From Candidatus Caldarchaeum sp. (GTDB lineage: Archaea > Thermoproteota > Nitrososphaeria_A > Caldarchaeales > Caldarchaeaceae): DNA of 64,000 bases. The notes beneath the pieces are model-generated. The model saw only the letters and a program-made list of their open reading frames with translations. It did no database searches and was not told the origin of the DNA. The stretch spans positions 131,155 through 195,154 of the forward strand of contig JAVZZH010000001.1 in assembly GCA_038885755.1 (NCBI GenBank), written 5' to 3'. The translations under genes were made by a program, and so were the position numbers. Shown here piece after piece: positions 55,349 through 64,000 of the stretch. Position 1 is the first letter of the stretch; every line of letters begins with the position of its first letter.

Positions 55349-56128
55349 CTATCTGTAGGCCCATCCTACGAGGCTTTTCTCAAGAAGGGCGAAGACGAGG
55401 AAAAGGCTTATCCCTAAGAAGGATATGACCAGCAGGCCTGCGAAGACTAGCGGGACGTCAAACCTGGAGCTGGCTGCTATCATCAAGTATCCCGTGCCTT
55501 CGTTGCTTGCAACGGTCTCGGAGATGACCGCGCCCACGAACGCCAGCGTCGACGCTACCTTGAGAGAGCCGAAGAAGTAGGGCAGGGAACGTGGTATGCC
55601 TACCTTTACGAATATCTGGCTCTTCGAAGCTCCAAGCGAGCGGAGGACGTCTCTTATCTCTGGCTCGATGGTCGCCAAGGCGATGGCCACGTTGACAACT
55701 ATCGGGAAGAAAGAGATGAGGAAGGCTGTCAGCATGGCCGGCACCTTGCCGACGCCGAGCCATATCACTAGGATGGGGACTATCGCCACCTTCGGAATAG
55801 TGTTAAAAGCAACTAGTAATGGGTAGACAGCCCGGTAGACTATGTTTGAGTATCCGACGGCCATGCCGAGACCGAGACCGAATACTATCGACATGCCGAA
55901 GCCGATCAGGGTTGCTTCAAGCGTGGCGTACGAGTGCTTGATGATTATGTCGAGGTTTTTGTCGAGCGATTGGATCACCTTGGTTGGAGGTGGCAGGATG
56001 AACTCCGGTATGTTGAGGGCGACCGTGGCGGCTTCCCAGCCGACGAAAAAACCTGCGAAGACAAGCACGGGAAGACCGTATTCCTTGACGGCTGCGGCCA
56101 CGAGCGAGGAGACCGACTGCTTCGCCAT
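55349..56128 (-). CDS. ABC transporter permease (NitT/TauT, SsuC-like)
   Basis: BPD-type permease. It directly abuts the ATPase gene. Confidence 0.8.
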   Translation of the reverse strand: MAKQSVSSLVAAAVKEYGLPVLVFAGFFVGWEAATVALNIPEFILPPPTKVIQSLDKNLDIIIKHSYATLEATLIGFGMSIVFGLGLGMAVGYSNIVYRAVYPLLVAFNTIPKVAIVPILVIWLGVGKVPAMLTAFLISFFPIVVNVAIALATIEPEIRDVLRSLGASKSQIFVKVGIPRSLPYFFGSLKVASTLAFVGAVISETVASNEGTGYLMIAASSRFDVPLVFAGLLVISFLGISLFLVFALLEKSLVGWAYR

Positions 56129-56914
56129 TCACTTCACCTGTATCATCTCTCTAAGTCTGTGAGTCATGTCTACAAACCTCTCCTCATAGCATATGTCTAG
56201 CTCCCGCGGTCTTTCGAACTTAGGCTCAACCATGCCGATAACTTTACCGGGTCTCTTGCTCATGACGTATATCTTGTCTGACAGGTAGAGAGATTCCCTG
56301 AGGTCGTGAGTGACCATGACGACCGTGCATCTTGTCCGGAGCCAGAGGCTTTGGAGAACGTTCCAGAGCTCTTCACGGGTAAACAGGTCTAGGGCGCCGA
56401 ACGGCTCGTCGAGCAGGAGTATGGCGGGGTCGTGGATGAGCGCTCTGCAGAGCGAGACCCTCTGCTGCATCCCGCCAGACAACTCCCAGGGCTTTCTTTC
56501 GGCGAAGCCCTCCAGCCCTACGGTCTTGAGTAGGTTGAGGGCTTTCTCCACGTATTCTTTTCGCCTTTCGCTGAACATGGATTTGTGGGGTTCGACAACC
56601 TCGAGAGGAAGCAGTACGTTCTGGAGCACGGTCCTCCATGGAAGCAGCACGGGGTTTTGGAAAGCCATTCCAACGATCGAAAGCGGCTTCTCGACGAGAC
56701 GGTTGTTGACGTAAACTTCTCCCTCGGTGGCCTTGATCAAACCCGCTATGAGCTTCAGCACAGTCGTCTTTCCGCAGCCGCTGGGCCCGACGATGGAGGT
56801 GAAGCTGCCCTCCTCCACGCGCAGGCTTACGTTCTCGAGAGCTTTGACAGAGACGAAACTCCTAAACCCAGACTTCGAGAAATACTCCAGAGAGACGTTC
56901 TTTAACTCTATCAA
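56129..56914 (-). CDS. ABC transporter ATP-binding protein (NitT/TauT, SsuB/TauB-like)
   Basis: Walker A is GPSGCGKTT, the signature is LSGGMQQR, and Walker B is LLLDEP. Confidence 0.9.
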   Translation of the reverse strand: MIELKNVSLEYFSKSGFRSFVSVKALENVSLRVEEGSFTSIVGPSGCGKTTVLKLIAGLIKATEGEVYVNNRLVEKPLSIVGMAFQNPVLLPWRTVLQNVLLPLEVVEPHKSMFSERRKEYVEKALNLLKTVGLEGFAERKPWELSGGMQQRVSLCRALIHDPAILLLDEPFGALDLFTREELWNVLQSLWLRTRCTVVMVTHDLRESLYLSDKIYVMSKRPGKVIGMVEPKFERPRELDICYEERFVDMTHRLREMIQVK

Positions 56915-56940
56915 GCCAGCATCGTAAAAAAGAGTGGTTT

Positions 56941-57999
56941 TTAAATGGTTCTCTGTTCCTTGGGCGGCAGGAACCTGTCTGTGAACACTTCGTCCGGCGA
57001 GGGCGTTCTAGGCAGGTTGAAGGCCTCCACGACTGATTTGATCGTCCTCTCCAGCCTAGCCCTGTCGACAGCGCCCAGCCCGTTCCTGCGAACCTCCTCC
57101 GTCACTATGTTGTCCCTCAACGCCAGCTTGAGCCTCTCTAGCTCGACGTTCAAGTCCACCGTCGGGTCCTTCCGCTTGACAAACTCGGCTCCAACCTCCG
57201 GGTTGGCTATCACTTCTTTCAACGCCTTGTTGAAAGCCCTGATAAACCCAGCGACGGCCTCGGGGTTGGACTGGATGAAGTCTTTCCGAGCGACGATGGC
57301 GTTGCCGTATAGCTCGGCGCCGAAGTCGGAGTACTTGAAAGCCGTTATGGTGTTGGGGTCAACTTTGAGGGCTACGAGGTTGAGGTATGCTGAGTAGTAG
57401 AAGCCGGTGATGGCGTCAACCTCTCCCTTGACGAGCGACGGCTCCCTGAGCGCTGGCGACATGCTCACCCACTGCACTTTGGAGGCGTCTATGCCCGTTG
57501 CCTTGGCGAACACGGGGAACAGCCTTCTCGGAGCATCTCCTTCGGGAGCGCCTATCTTCTTCCCTTCAAGGTCCTTGGGGCTTGTTATGCCTTTGTCCTT
57601 TAGAGTTATCACCGAGTAGGGCGGGTTGTTGAGAACCATGTAGACAGCGACAAGCTCCTGCCCCGGGTTTTTGACGTTGAACTCTATCAAAGCGTCTAAG
57701 CTGCCGTACCCCATCTGATAAGCCCCTGAAGCAACCTTCGTGATTGAGTCGGCCGACCCGTATCCCCTGTCCATGATGACCGCCAGCCCCTCCTCGACGA
57801 AGTAGCCCTTCTCCAAAGCCACTATGAAAGGCGCCTGAGGCCCTGACACAGCCCAGTCAAGGACGAACTTAACGGAGACTATTTTCGGTGCTTGAGTCGG
57901 CATTACAACGGGGCTTAAAAAAATTCCGGCAACCAGCCCGACGACTAGGAAAACGCCGGCCGTGGCCAGAAGCTTTCCAGACACCATACACCCAAGCAT
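56941..57999 (-). CDS. NMT1/THI5-like (SsuA-type) substrate-binding protein
   Basis: N-terminal TM/signal segment, the periplasmic-binding pattern LDWAVSGPQAPFIVALEKGYF, and first position in the ABC operon. Confidence 0.7.
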   Translation of the reverse strand: MLGCMVSGKLLATAGVFLVVGLVAGIFLSPVVMPTQAPKIVSVKFVLDWAVSGPQAPFIVALEKGYFVEEGLAVIMDRGYGSADSITKVASGAYQMGYGSLDALIEFNVKNPGQELVAVYMVLNNPPYSVITLKDKGITSPKDLEGKKIGAPEGDAPRRLFPVFAKATGIDASKVQWVSMSPALREPSLVKGEVDAITGFYYSAYLNLVALKVDPNTITAFKYSDFGAELYGNAIVARKDFIQSNPEAVAGFIRAFNKALKEVIANPEVGAEFVKRKDPTVDLNVELERLKLALRDNIVTEEVRRNGLGAVDRARLERTIKSVVEAFNLPRTPSPDEVFTDRFLPPKEQRTI

Positions 58000-58023
58000 C
58001 GTCTTGATGGTTATTAAATATTT

Positions 58024-58377
58024 CTAGAAGCTGACCACGTGGTACCCCTTACCGGCAGCCTCGGCTACCACTGCAGTCGAGTCGTCTGCGACTACTAGGT
58101 TTCTGTCGATTCTCTCATGCAGGTTGTAGGCCTTGAGGTTTCCCGCGCAGGCGGCCACATACGCCCCGGCCTCGTTCAAGGCTGTGAGATAGTCTTTTAC
58201 CATCTTGTAGTGAGGGTTCTGCGGGTCGAGTAAATGGACGCCGGGGCCGATGAACAGCATTCTGACCTCCGCCATCTTCTCCCTAGCCATGTTTCTTGCT
58301 ATTCGTAAACCCTGCCTAGCCTTCTCAACCTCCTCGGGGCCAGAGACAATTATGAACAGAAACTTCAAGCCATTCAT
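58024..58377 (-). CDS. DsrE/DsrF-like family protein
   Basis: 117 aa. KFLFIIVSGP...GAYVAACAGNLKAYN matches the DsrE-fold pattern. Confidence 0.55.
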   Translation of the reverse strand: MNGLKFLFIIVSGPEEVEKARQGLRIARNMAREKMAEVRMLFIGPGVHLLDPQNPHYKMVKDYLTALNEAGAYVAACAGNLKAYNLHERIDRNLVVADDSTAVVAEAAGKGYHVVSF

Positions 58378-58379
58378 TC

Positions 58380-61331
58380 CTATTCCGTCGAGACGTAAAC
58401 CGCTGGCTTGAGAGGGATGGACTGGGAGGCCTTCACGACCTCAGCGGGGCTCGACGCATCATCCTCATCGAGCACGACGACGTCTACACGAGTCTCCTGC
58501 TTGATTAGCTCGGCCGCCTGAAGACATATGTTTTTCTCAACCCTGATAAGCTTGGCCACAGTCTCTTTCTGTTCCCTCAAGCCCAGTAATTTGGAGTATT
58601 CTCCGCACAGGTCTTCAACAGCCTTCAGCCTCTCAACAACTCGATTCATGAGACGCTGGGCCGCCGCAAGCTTATCACGGTGATGCTCTCTGAGCCATGC
58701 AAAAGCATCGCCAGCCGAGGATGTCAGCAGGCGTTCAGCTAGGTGAGCCTTCCATCCAGCGGCCTTGAAGATCTTTATCAGGGCTGGCTTTCCCTTGACC
58801 ACTTTCAGTATCTCCCTTACGTCGGCCATTAGCTCTCTCAGAATATCTTCGTGGACGAGTGAGAAAACACTGTCATCGTCCAATTCTATTTCAGGCCATC
58901 GCTGCGCTGACGCAAACCCTTCTCCACGAAGATTGTGCCAAGCCTCTTCGGCTGCGAAAGGCGCGAACGGCGAGAGGAGTATTGTCCAGACCTTGACGAA
59001 CTTCTCGCCCGCTTCGTTGATTCTTCCGTTGTTTCTCCTCAGCCACCATCTCCATATGTTGAACATGCCGTAGACAACCTCGTTGCAAGCCGTTCTTGTC
59101 TTCATCCTCTCCAAGGCGTTCTCGACGTTCTTCAGCACCATGGCAGTCGAGACGCTGAGCCATTTGTCCGCAGGCCCCTCCCCGGCTTCAAAAGCCTGCT
59201 TGAGCCTGTCGACTATCGACAGGAAGTTTTGGATGAACTGTTCAGCCTCCTCAACGTTCTTTAAACGCCAGTCTGGGTCGTCCAGCTCTTCAGCCCCCAG
59301 CAGCAGTGCAAGACGGGTTGCGTCAGCGCCGTGCCTCATGACAGCCGTCTTCAGGGTTATGAAGTTCCCCCTACTCTTCGACATCTTCTCACCCTCGACC
59401 GAGACCATGCCGTTAACGCTGATGCTTCGGGGCCAGTGTCTTCTCTCGAATATCGCCGTGTGGTGGAAGAGGTAGAAAGTCAGGTGGTTGGGGACCAAGT
59501 CTTTGCCTGAAACCCGCAGGTCGACGCCGTACCAGTAATTGAATTCGTCCCTCATGTTCATCAGCAAGTTGAAGTCGATACCGTTTTTCTCAGCTATCCG
59601 AGCCGGGTCTCCCTCCCCCAGAAAGACATAGTCGAGGACCTCGGGCGTCACTCTAGACGCTACGCCGGGATGCCTGTTGAGTATGCCGCTCACTGTGTAC
59701 AGAGCCGGGTAGATGGTTGAGTCGCTCAGCGTCTCGATCTTCCACGACGGGTCCCATGGAAGCGGAGTCCCCAACCCAGTCTTGCGCGTGCAGGCCCAGT
59801 CCTTGAGCCAGTCCACGACGTTCAAGAACCACGTCCTCACAGACTCGGGGTATATCCCCATCTCGGCGAGATGAGTCTTGACTTTCTCTTTCCATTCATG
59901 GTTCGAAAACGTGAGAAACCACTGGTCTTCCACGATCTTGACTATGCATTCGTCCCCAGACCTGCATACCACCTTTCCAGACAGGTCGTAGAAGAGCTCC
60001 CCCCTCCCCTCCGCTATGAGTTTCTGCTGTACTTCCTTCCTCGCCCGCGAGACTGGAAGACCCCTGTATTCTCCATAGTGCATAACTCCGGTGTGGAATT
60101 CTTTCGAGTAAATCTCCCTAGTTGCTTCCTCCAGCCTGTCGTCAAGCTGGCTAGTTATCTTCATCTTCTCCACGACCTCGACTGCTGGAAATTCTCCGTA
60201 TCCCTCCACCGACACCACCTTTATGGGCTTGATGCTGTCCAGTAATGAAGGACTCAAACCGTACTGCGATAGAGTTTGAGGGTTCTGAGCTAGGTCTCGT
60301 AGTGCTGCGTAGTCGTAGGGGGCGTGGGCGGGAACGCTGTAGACCACTCCCGTCCCCATCGACGGGTCTACGAACGGGGCTGGTAGTATGACTATCTCCC
60401 TGCCTGTTAGAGGAGCTCTAGCCTGCCTCCCTATCAGCTCCCTAGCCGGCACCGTGTCGACCACTAGAACATCCTGCCACTGCTCCTCGAACTTCTTCAA
60501 AGCCTCACGGCTCACCAGGAATCGCGCCCCGTTCTTTTCAAACACTTGATAGACTGCGTCCGGGTTAACCCAGAGGTTTGTTGCTCCGTACAGCGTCTCA
60601 GGCCTCAGCGTTGCAGCGACTAGGTTTACTCCGTCCATGTCGAAAAACACTAGAGTGAACTCCTCAGGGTATAATCCCTCACCGCGCAGCCGGTCATGGT
60701 CTCCCGTAGCGCTCTGGCATCTTGGACACCAGACGACGGGGTGGCGGCCTTTGGACACAAGCCCTCTTCTCGACAGAACGCTGTACTGCCAGTTGATGAA
60801 GTTGCTGTAGTATGGATGGAGGCTCGTTGTGTAGAATTCTCTCGTCCAGTCGACGGACCAGCCTATGGCGTCGACCACCTGTCTGTTCTCGGCTGTGTAG
60901 TAGGCGCATATGAACTCGGGGTTCTCGAAATACTTGAGAAGGTCTTCATGAACACCGTCGATCTCGACGAGCATTCTCCTGATGGCTTGGTCTCCTCGCC
61001 GGAGCCGCTCGCTAGTCCCAGCCACCGCCTCACCCGTCCAGTGCCACGCCCACGGAAAAAGGACGTTGAACCCCTTCATCCGCTTATAACGGGCTATCAC
61101 ATCGCCTCGAGTGAAAGTGAAGCCGTGGCCTAGGTGTAGTGGGCCGTTTTGGTAGGAGTAGGGGACGCAGATGAAGAATTTAGGCCTAGACTTGTCGGGC
61201 TTGGCTTCGAAGAGTCTTGCAGCCTTCCACTCAGCCGACCATCTTGCTTCGTAAGCTTTCGGTGAAGCGATCTTGGACTTAGCCCCAAGGCTGAAGCCGA
61301 GGCTAACTAGCTCTATAGTCTCGTTCGTCAA
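58380..61331 (-). CDS. leuS: Leucyl-tRNA synthetase (archaeal type)
   Basis: The HIGH motif is PLHLGHGFTF and the KMSKS motif is EKMSKSRGN. Length is 983 aa, with a CP1 editing insertion. Confidence 0.95.
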   Translation of the reverse strand: MTNETIELVSLGFSLGAKSKIASPKAYEARWSAEWKAARLFEAKPDKSRPKFFICVPYSYQNGPLHLGHGFTFTRGDVIARYKRMKGFNVLFPWAWHWTGEAVAGTSERLRRGDQAIRRMLVEIDGVHEDLLKYFENPEFICAYYTAENRQVVDAIGWSVDWTREFYTTSLHPYYSNFINWQYSVLSRRGLVSKGRHPVVWCPRCQSATGDHDRLRGEGLYPEEFTLVFFDMDGVNLVAATLRPETLYGATNLWVNPDAVYQVFEKNGARFLVSREALKKFEEQWQDVLVVDTVPARELIGRQARAPLTGREIVILPAPFVDPSMGTGVVYSVPAHAPYDYAALRDLAQNPQTLSQYGLSPSLLDSIKPIKVVSVEGYGEFPAVEVVEKMKITSQLDDRLEEATREIYSKEFHTGVMHYGEYRGLPVSRARKEVQQKLIAEGRGELFYDLSGKVVCRSGDECIVKIVEDQWFLTFSNHEWKEKVKTHLAEMGIYPESVRTWFLNVVDWLKDWACTRKTGLGTPLPWDPSWKIETLSDSTIYPALYTVSGILNRHPGVASRVTPEVLDYVFLGEGDPARIAEKNGIDFNLLMNMRDEFNYWYGVDLRVSGKDLVPNHLTFYLFHHTAIFERRHWPRSISVNGMVSVEGEKMSKSRGNFITLKTAVMRHGADATRLALLLGAEELDDPDWRLKNVEEAEQFIQNFLSIVDRLKQAFEAGEGPADKWLSVSTAMVLKNVENALERMKTRTACNEVVYGMFNIWRWWLRRNNGRINEAGEKFVKVWTILLSPFAPFAAEEAWHNLRGEGFASAQRWPEIELDDDSVFSLVHEDILRELMADVREILKVVKGKPALIKIFKAAGWKAHLAERLLTSSAGDAFAWLREHHRDKLAAAQRLMNRVVERLKAVEDLCGEYSKLLGLREQKETVAKLIRVEKNICLQAAELIKQETRVDVVVLDEDDASSPAEVVKASQSIPLKPAVYVSTE

Positions 61332-61361
61332 CCCGTCTCCGAATGTCTAAAGGTGGTTAAT

Positions 61362-61991
61362 TTATGTTATGAACTGGCCGCCCTCGACGTCCGGCATCTC
61401 CCTCTTCAGCCGCTGCGCCGCTATCTCCGAAGCCTCCTTGAGAATAGCCTCGGCCTCCGGGTCGGAGACGCTGTACCCCGTCACCGTGTCGGAAACCGTT
61501 CCCACGCTGACTGAAAGGTCGTCGAGGAGGTCCTGAACACCTCTGAGGCCGTGGGATATCTCGGGCATCACGCCTCCAACGTCTTTCTGGACAGCCATCA
61601 CCACGGCCGCTACAGGCCCGATGACCTTCTTAACCTCGTTGTAGTCTTTCACGGCTTCAAGCCTGAGCACAACTCCTTCGAGGGAGGCTTGGCTTCTCAA
61701 GGTTGCGTGCATCATCTTCCTCAACTGGGCCAATTCGTTGGCGTAGACGGCGGCTCTCTCGTTGTCCTTCTCCATCTTGGCTCGGACTACTTGGTTGAAA
61801 ATCTCCCTACCTCTCATCTGCATCGAGCGTGCTTTAGAGTCCATCCGGCTCTGGATCGTCATCAGCCTAGTTATAATCTCGGTCATCTTCTCCTCGAACG
61901 GCCGTGCTGGCTGTGGTTTTTTCCGGAAGAATCTCAGCATCTGTCTCGCCGTTCGCCGGGGCTGATGAGTAAAAAGGTTATCGTGAGCCAT
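61362..61991 (-). CDS. cdvB: ESCRT-III/Snf7-family protein (CdvB paralogue-like, no winged-helix extension)
   Basis: ERAAVYANELAQLRKMMHATLRSQASLEGVVLRLEAVKDYNEV...GPVAAVVMAVQKDVGGVMPEIS...SDPEAEAILKEASEIAAQRLKREMPDV parallels crenarchaeal CdvB helices alpha1-alpha5. The N-terminal half is basic and the C-terminal half is acidic. Confidence 0.75.
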   Translation of the reverse strand: MAHDNLFTHQPRRTARQMLRFFRKKPQPARPFEEKMTEIITRLMTIQSRMDSKARSMQMRGREIFNQVVRAKMEKDNERAAVYANELAQLRKMMHATLRSQASLEGVVLRLEAVKDYNEVKKVIGPVAAVVMAVQKDVGGVMPEISHGLRGVQDLLDDLSVSVGTVSDTVTGYSVSDPEAEAILKEASEIAAQRLKREMPDVEGGQFIT

Positions 61992-62049
61992 TCAGACAGG
62001 TGTTGTGTAGGTATTATCCCGGGATGTTGATGAAAAATAAGAAGGAGGT

Positions 62050-62625
62050 TTAGGTTTTGCTCCTCCACGTCAGGATGTAGCCGAGCCCTCCCAGCAGGAC
62101 TCCAGCCGCCAGGACGAAGATGAATGCAGCTATCCAGGTTGGGTAGCCTAACGGTATTCCGTAGAATATGTTGGCGTGCACCTGGCCAGCATTCCATCCC
62201 CGTCCGCCGACCTCGACCGGGAGCATGGCAGACCCTCCCAGATAGCCGCCGACCATCATCATCCAAGTAGCTCCCACGACGCCGACGTTCATCAATATCA
62301 GGTGGAGCCATGCTAAGGTGTTTGCAACACCCCTGAAAGGCTTGCCAAGGACGTTCTCGATGTAATGGTAGAAAAGAGCTGTCACCGCTACACCCATCAC
62401 TCCGACCACCAGGTATGTCGTGTACCCGACTGTGAACCAGTTGCCGGCGCTTCCGAAGGCGATGACCCTGCTGAACTCAGGCTTCATGAAACCTAGCTGC
62501 CCCACCACCCAGAACAGCGTCAGCCCTGTTGCAAGAGCGCCCTGCACGATCGCAGCCACTATAAACCTAGAAGCCCATTTTGAAACTAAAACCTTCTGAG
62601 ACACGTTACCATTACCTCTATACAT
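62050..62625 (-). CDS. Hypothetical 4-TM membrane protein
   Basis: Four long hydrophobic helices. No family recognised. It lies 58 nt upstream of the ESCRT-III gene on the same strand. Confidence 0.5.
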   Translation of the reverse strand: MYRGNGNVSQKVLVSKWASRFIVAAIVQGALATGLTLFWVVGQLGFMKPEFSRVIAFGSAGNWFTVGYTTYLVVGVMGVAVTALFYHYIENVLGKPFRGVANTLAWLHLILMNVGVVGATWMMMVGGYLGGSAMLPVEVGGRGWNAGQVHANIFYGIPLGYPTWIAAFIFVLAAGVLLGGLGYILTWRSKT

Positions 62626-62716
62626 ACATATTAAGTTGTTGCATTCACTTGTCTACAAGAGCATGACGATGGTCGCCGCTAAGGTATTTATTAGTGCGGT
62701 GGCCGTTGTTAGCTGC

Positions 62717-62847
62717 GGGCCCGTAGCTCAGAATGGATAGAGAGGGTCTCTGCAGTAGATCCCTAGACTACCGGCCTTCTAAGTCGGGGGTCGTGAGCAC
62801 GGGGCTGGAAAGCCTCTGCCGACAGGGTTCAAGTCCCACCGGGCCCG
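62717..62847 (+). tRNA. tRNA-Arg (anticodon TCT) with two non-canonical introns (about 26 nt after the D arm; about 30 nt inside the T stem)
   Basis: Exons 62717-62742, 62769-62794 and 62825-62847 join into a 75-nt cloverleaf. It has anticodon arm CCGGC-CUUCUAA-GUCGG and T stem GU|GGG/CCCAC. Intron 2 contains the hairpin GGGGCU-GGAA-AGCCUC. Junctions are uncertain by a few nt. Confidence 0.75.
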
Positions 62848-63155
62848 CGACAATGCTATACATTAGTCGTCCATCTGCTTTTCTTTCTCAGGGTTGTGCT
62901 GCATTTCGGACATCTGCTCATGAGTTTTTGCTTTAGCTATAAGTAGGATTAGAGGACCTGCGGCTGCGTCGTCAGCGGGTCTTCAGAGTCATCCATCCCG
63001 CGTGGAAGCCCCTCCAGCTGTTGATGTCCTTCAGGCCCAAGCCTCTGTGAAAACACAGCACCCGCCCTCCATGGAATAGAGCGGTAGGCGTCATCGTAGC
63101 GCTTTGAGGAAGGTTGATATACCATACGCCTGAAGCATCTAGGCAGGGGTAGCTG

Positions 63156-64000
63156 TTGGAGGTTTCGTTCAAGGCCATATCGCCCAGCGAGTTCTTCTAC
63201 AAGAACAGGGACATAGCGGGGTTCAGCAGCCCGTCGAGAAGCCTCTACATGAGCATAAGAGAGCTGGTGGAGAACTCGCTCGACGCAGCCGAGGCCGGCA
63301 GGATACTGCCGGAGATATTCGTGGAGCTGGTGGAGGAGGATGGAGAGAAGGGGTTTTACAGGCTCAAAGTGGTGGACAACGGCGTCGGAGTGCCCGGTGA
63401 TAAAATCCCATCAGCCTTCGCAACAGTCCTCTACGGCAGCAAGTACGGCTTCAAGCAGTCTAGGGGAACGTTCGGCCTCGGAGGCACGATGGCCATCCTC
63501 TACGGCCAGATAACGACCAACAAGCCCGCCAGAGTGGCTTCCAGCACCGACGGCAAAACCATGCACGTCTACGAGCTGATGATAGACGTCGTCGAGAACA
63601 AGCCCCGAGTAATCTCGTCGGAGAAAAAACAGAGCCCTAACGGCTGGAGAGGAACCGCTGTCGAGTTCAGCCTCGAGGCCGACTACACCGGCAGCAGAGC
63701 CAAGATCCTTGACTACTTCAAACACACGGCGGTCGTCAACCCCCACGCAACCCTCACGTTCGTCGACAGCCGAGGCAGGCTCTACCACTATCCACGATCG
63801 GTTGAGAAGGCTCCAGAACCCCCGACGGAGACGCTGCCGCACCCGGTCGGAGTGGACGTTGAATTGATTACACGGCTCATCTCGGAGACAAAATCCAAGA
63901 CCCTGATCTCTTTCATGACCTCGTCCTTCCAGAAGGTTGGGCCGACGACTGCCCGTGAAGTGATACAGGCCGCTGGGCTGAAGCCCGACGAATCACCCAA
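63156..64000 (+). CDS. top6B: DNA topoisomerase VI subunit B, N-terminal part (3' end outside window)
   Basis: The TTG start at 63156 follows an in-frame TAG. The sequence is SPSEFFYKNRDIAGF...SIRELVENSLDAAE (Bergerat N-box), VVDNGVGV (G1) and GTFGLGG (G2). The gene is missing from the ORF track because it is open at the window edge. Confidence 0.9.
   Translation, partial: MEVSFKAISPSEFFYKNRDIAGFSSPSRSLYMSIRELVENSLDAAEAGRILPEIFVELVEEDGEKGFYRLKVVDNGVGVPGDKIPSAFATVLYGSKYGFKQSRGTFGLGGTMAILYGQITTNKPARVASSTDGKTMHVYELMIDVVENKPRVISSEKKQSPNGWRGTAVEFSLEADYTGSRAKILDYFKHTAVVNPHATLTFVDSRGRLYHYPRSVEKAPEPPTETLPHPVGVDVELITRLISETKSKTLISFMTSSFQKVGPTTAREVIQAAGLKPDESP

Noticed and set aside
63411-64000. Minus-strand ORFs 63411-63842 and 63788-64000, and ORF 62972-63178
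   Set aside because: They are antisense to, or overlap the start of, the strongly supported top6B gene, which is absent from the ORF track only because it runs off the window.
1-64000. CRISPR arrays, rRNA genes, intact IS elements or prophage/defence modules
   Set aside because: Reading both strands, I found no regularly spaced direct repeats, no rRNA-like sequence and no intact transposase or integrase. No recognisable restriction, toxin-antitoxin or cas genes were seen either. Only a transposase fragment is present, at 32398-32607.

Overview
This is an archaeal chromosomal window. The evidence is a Topo VI subunit B gene, an archaeal-type LeuRS, a group II chaperonin homologue, TATA/BRE-like promoters about 25 nt upstream of leaderless starts, and tRNAs with non-canonical introns. 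FtsZ and an ESCRT-III (CdvB-like) protein are both present, which fits a TACK/Thermoproteota-type lineage; I cannot name the organism. I call about 60 protein genes. They include housekeeping genes (gcvH 3' end, ftsZ, birA, bioY, leuS, tatA, top6B 5' end) and a GGPP synthase next to a crtI-crtB-UbiA carotenoid operon. They also include three ABC/ECF transporters, a sugar-alcohol module (MDR dehydrogenase, FGGY kinase, DhnA-type aldolase), and an operon of GT-C glycosyltransferase, UPF0182 protein and membrane Hsp20. A large amidohydrolase and transaminase island contains hydantoinase/dihydropyrimidinase, two carbamoylase types, asparaginase, a NodB-type deacetylase, class-III aminotransferases and a semialdehyde dehydrogenase. 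RNA genes are tRNA-Gln(TTG), tRNA-Val(CAC), tRNA-Arg(GCG) with one non-canonical intron, tRNA-Arg(TCT) with two, and a roughly 315-nt candidate RNase P RNA in the crtI/bcp intergenic region. The observations I rank highest are:
- A 48-codon RHH gene, absent from the ORF track, whose stop overlaps the ftsZ start (cdrS-ftsZ-like).
- A degenerate thermosome paralogue attached to an ABC-transporter operon.
- A conserved carbamoylase N-terminus that has no canonical start codon and lies in frame directly behind the hydantoinase TGA stop.
- An ESCRT-III gene paired with an unknown 4-TM protein.
- A roughly 4.4-kb stretch of gene fragments with an IS remnant.

No CRISPR array, rRNA or intact mobile element was seen. 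All homology statements are by-eye motif recognition. No searches were run.
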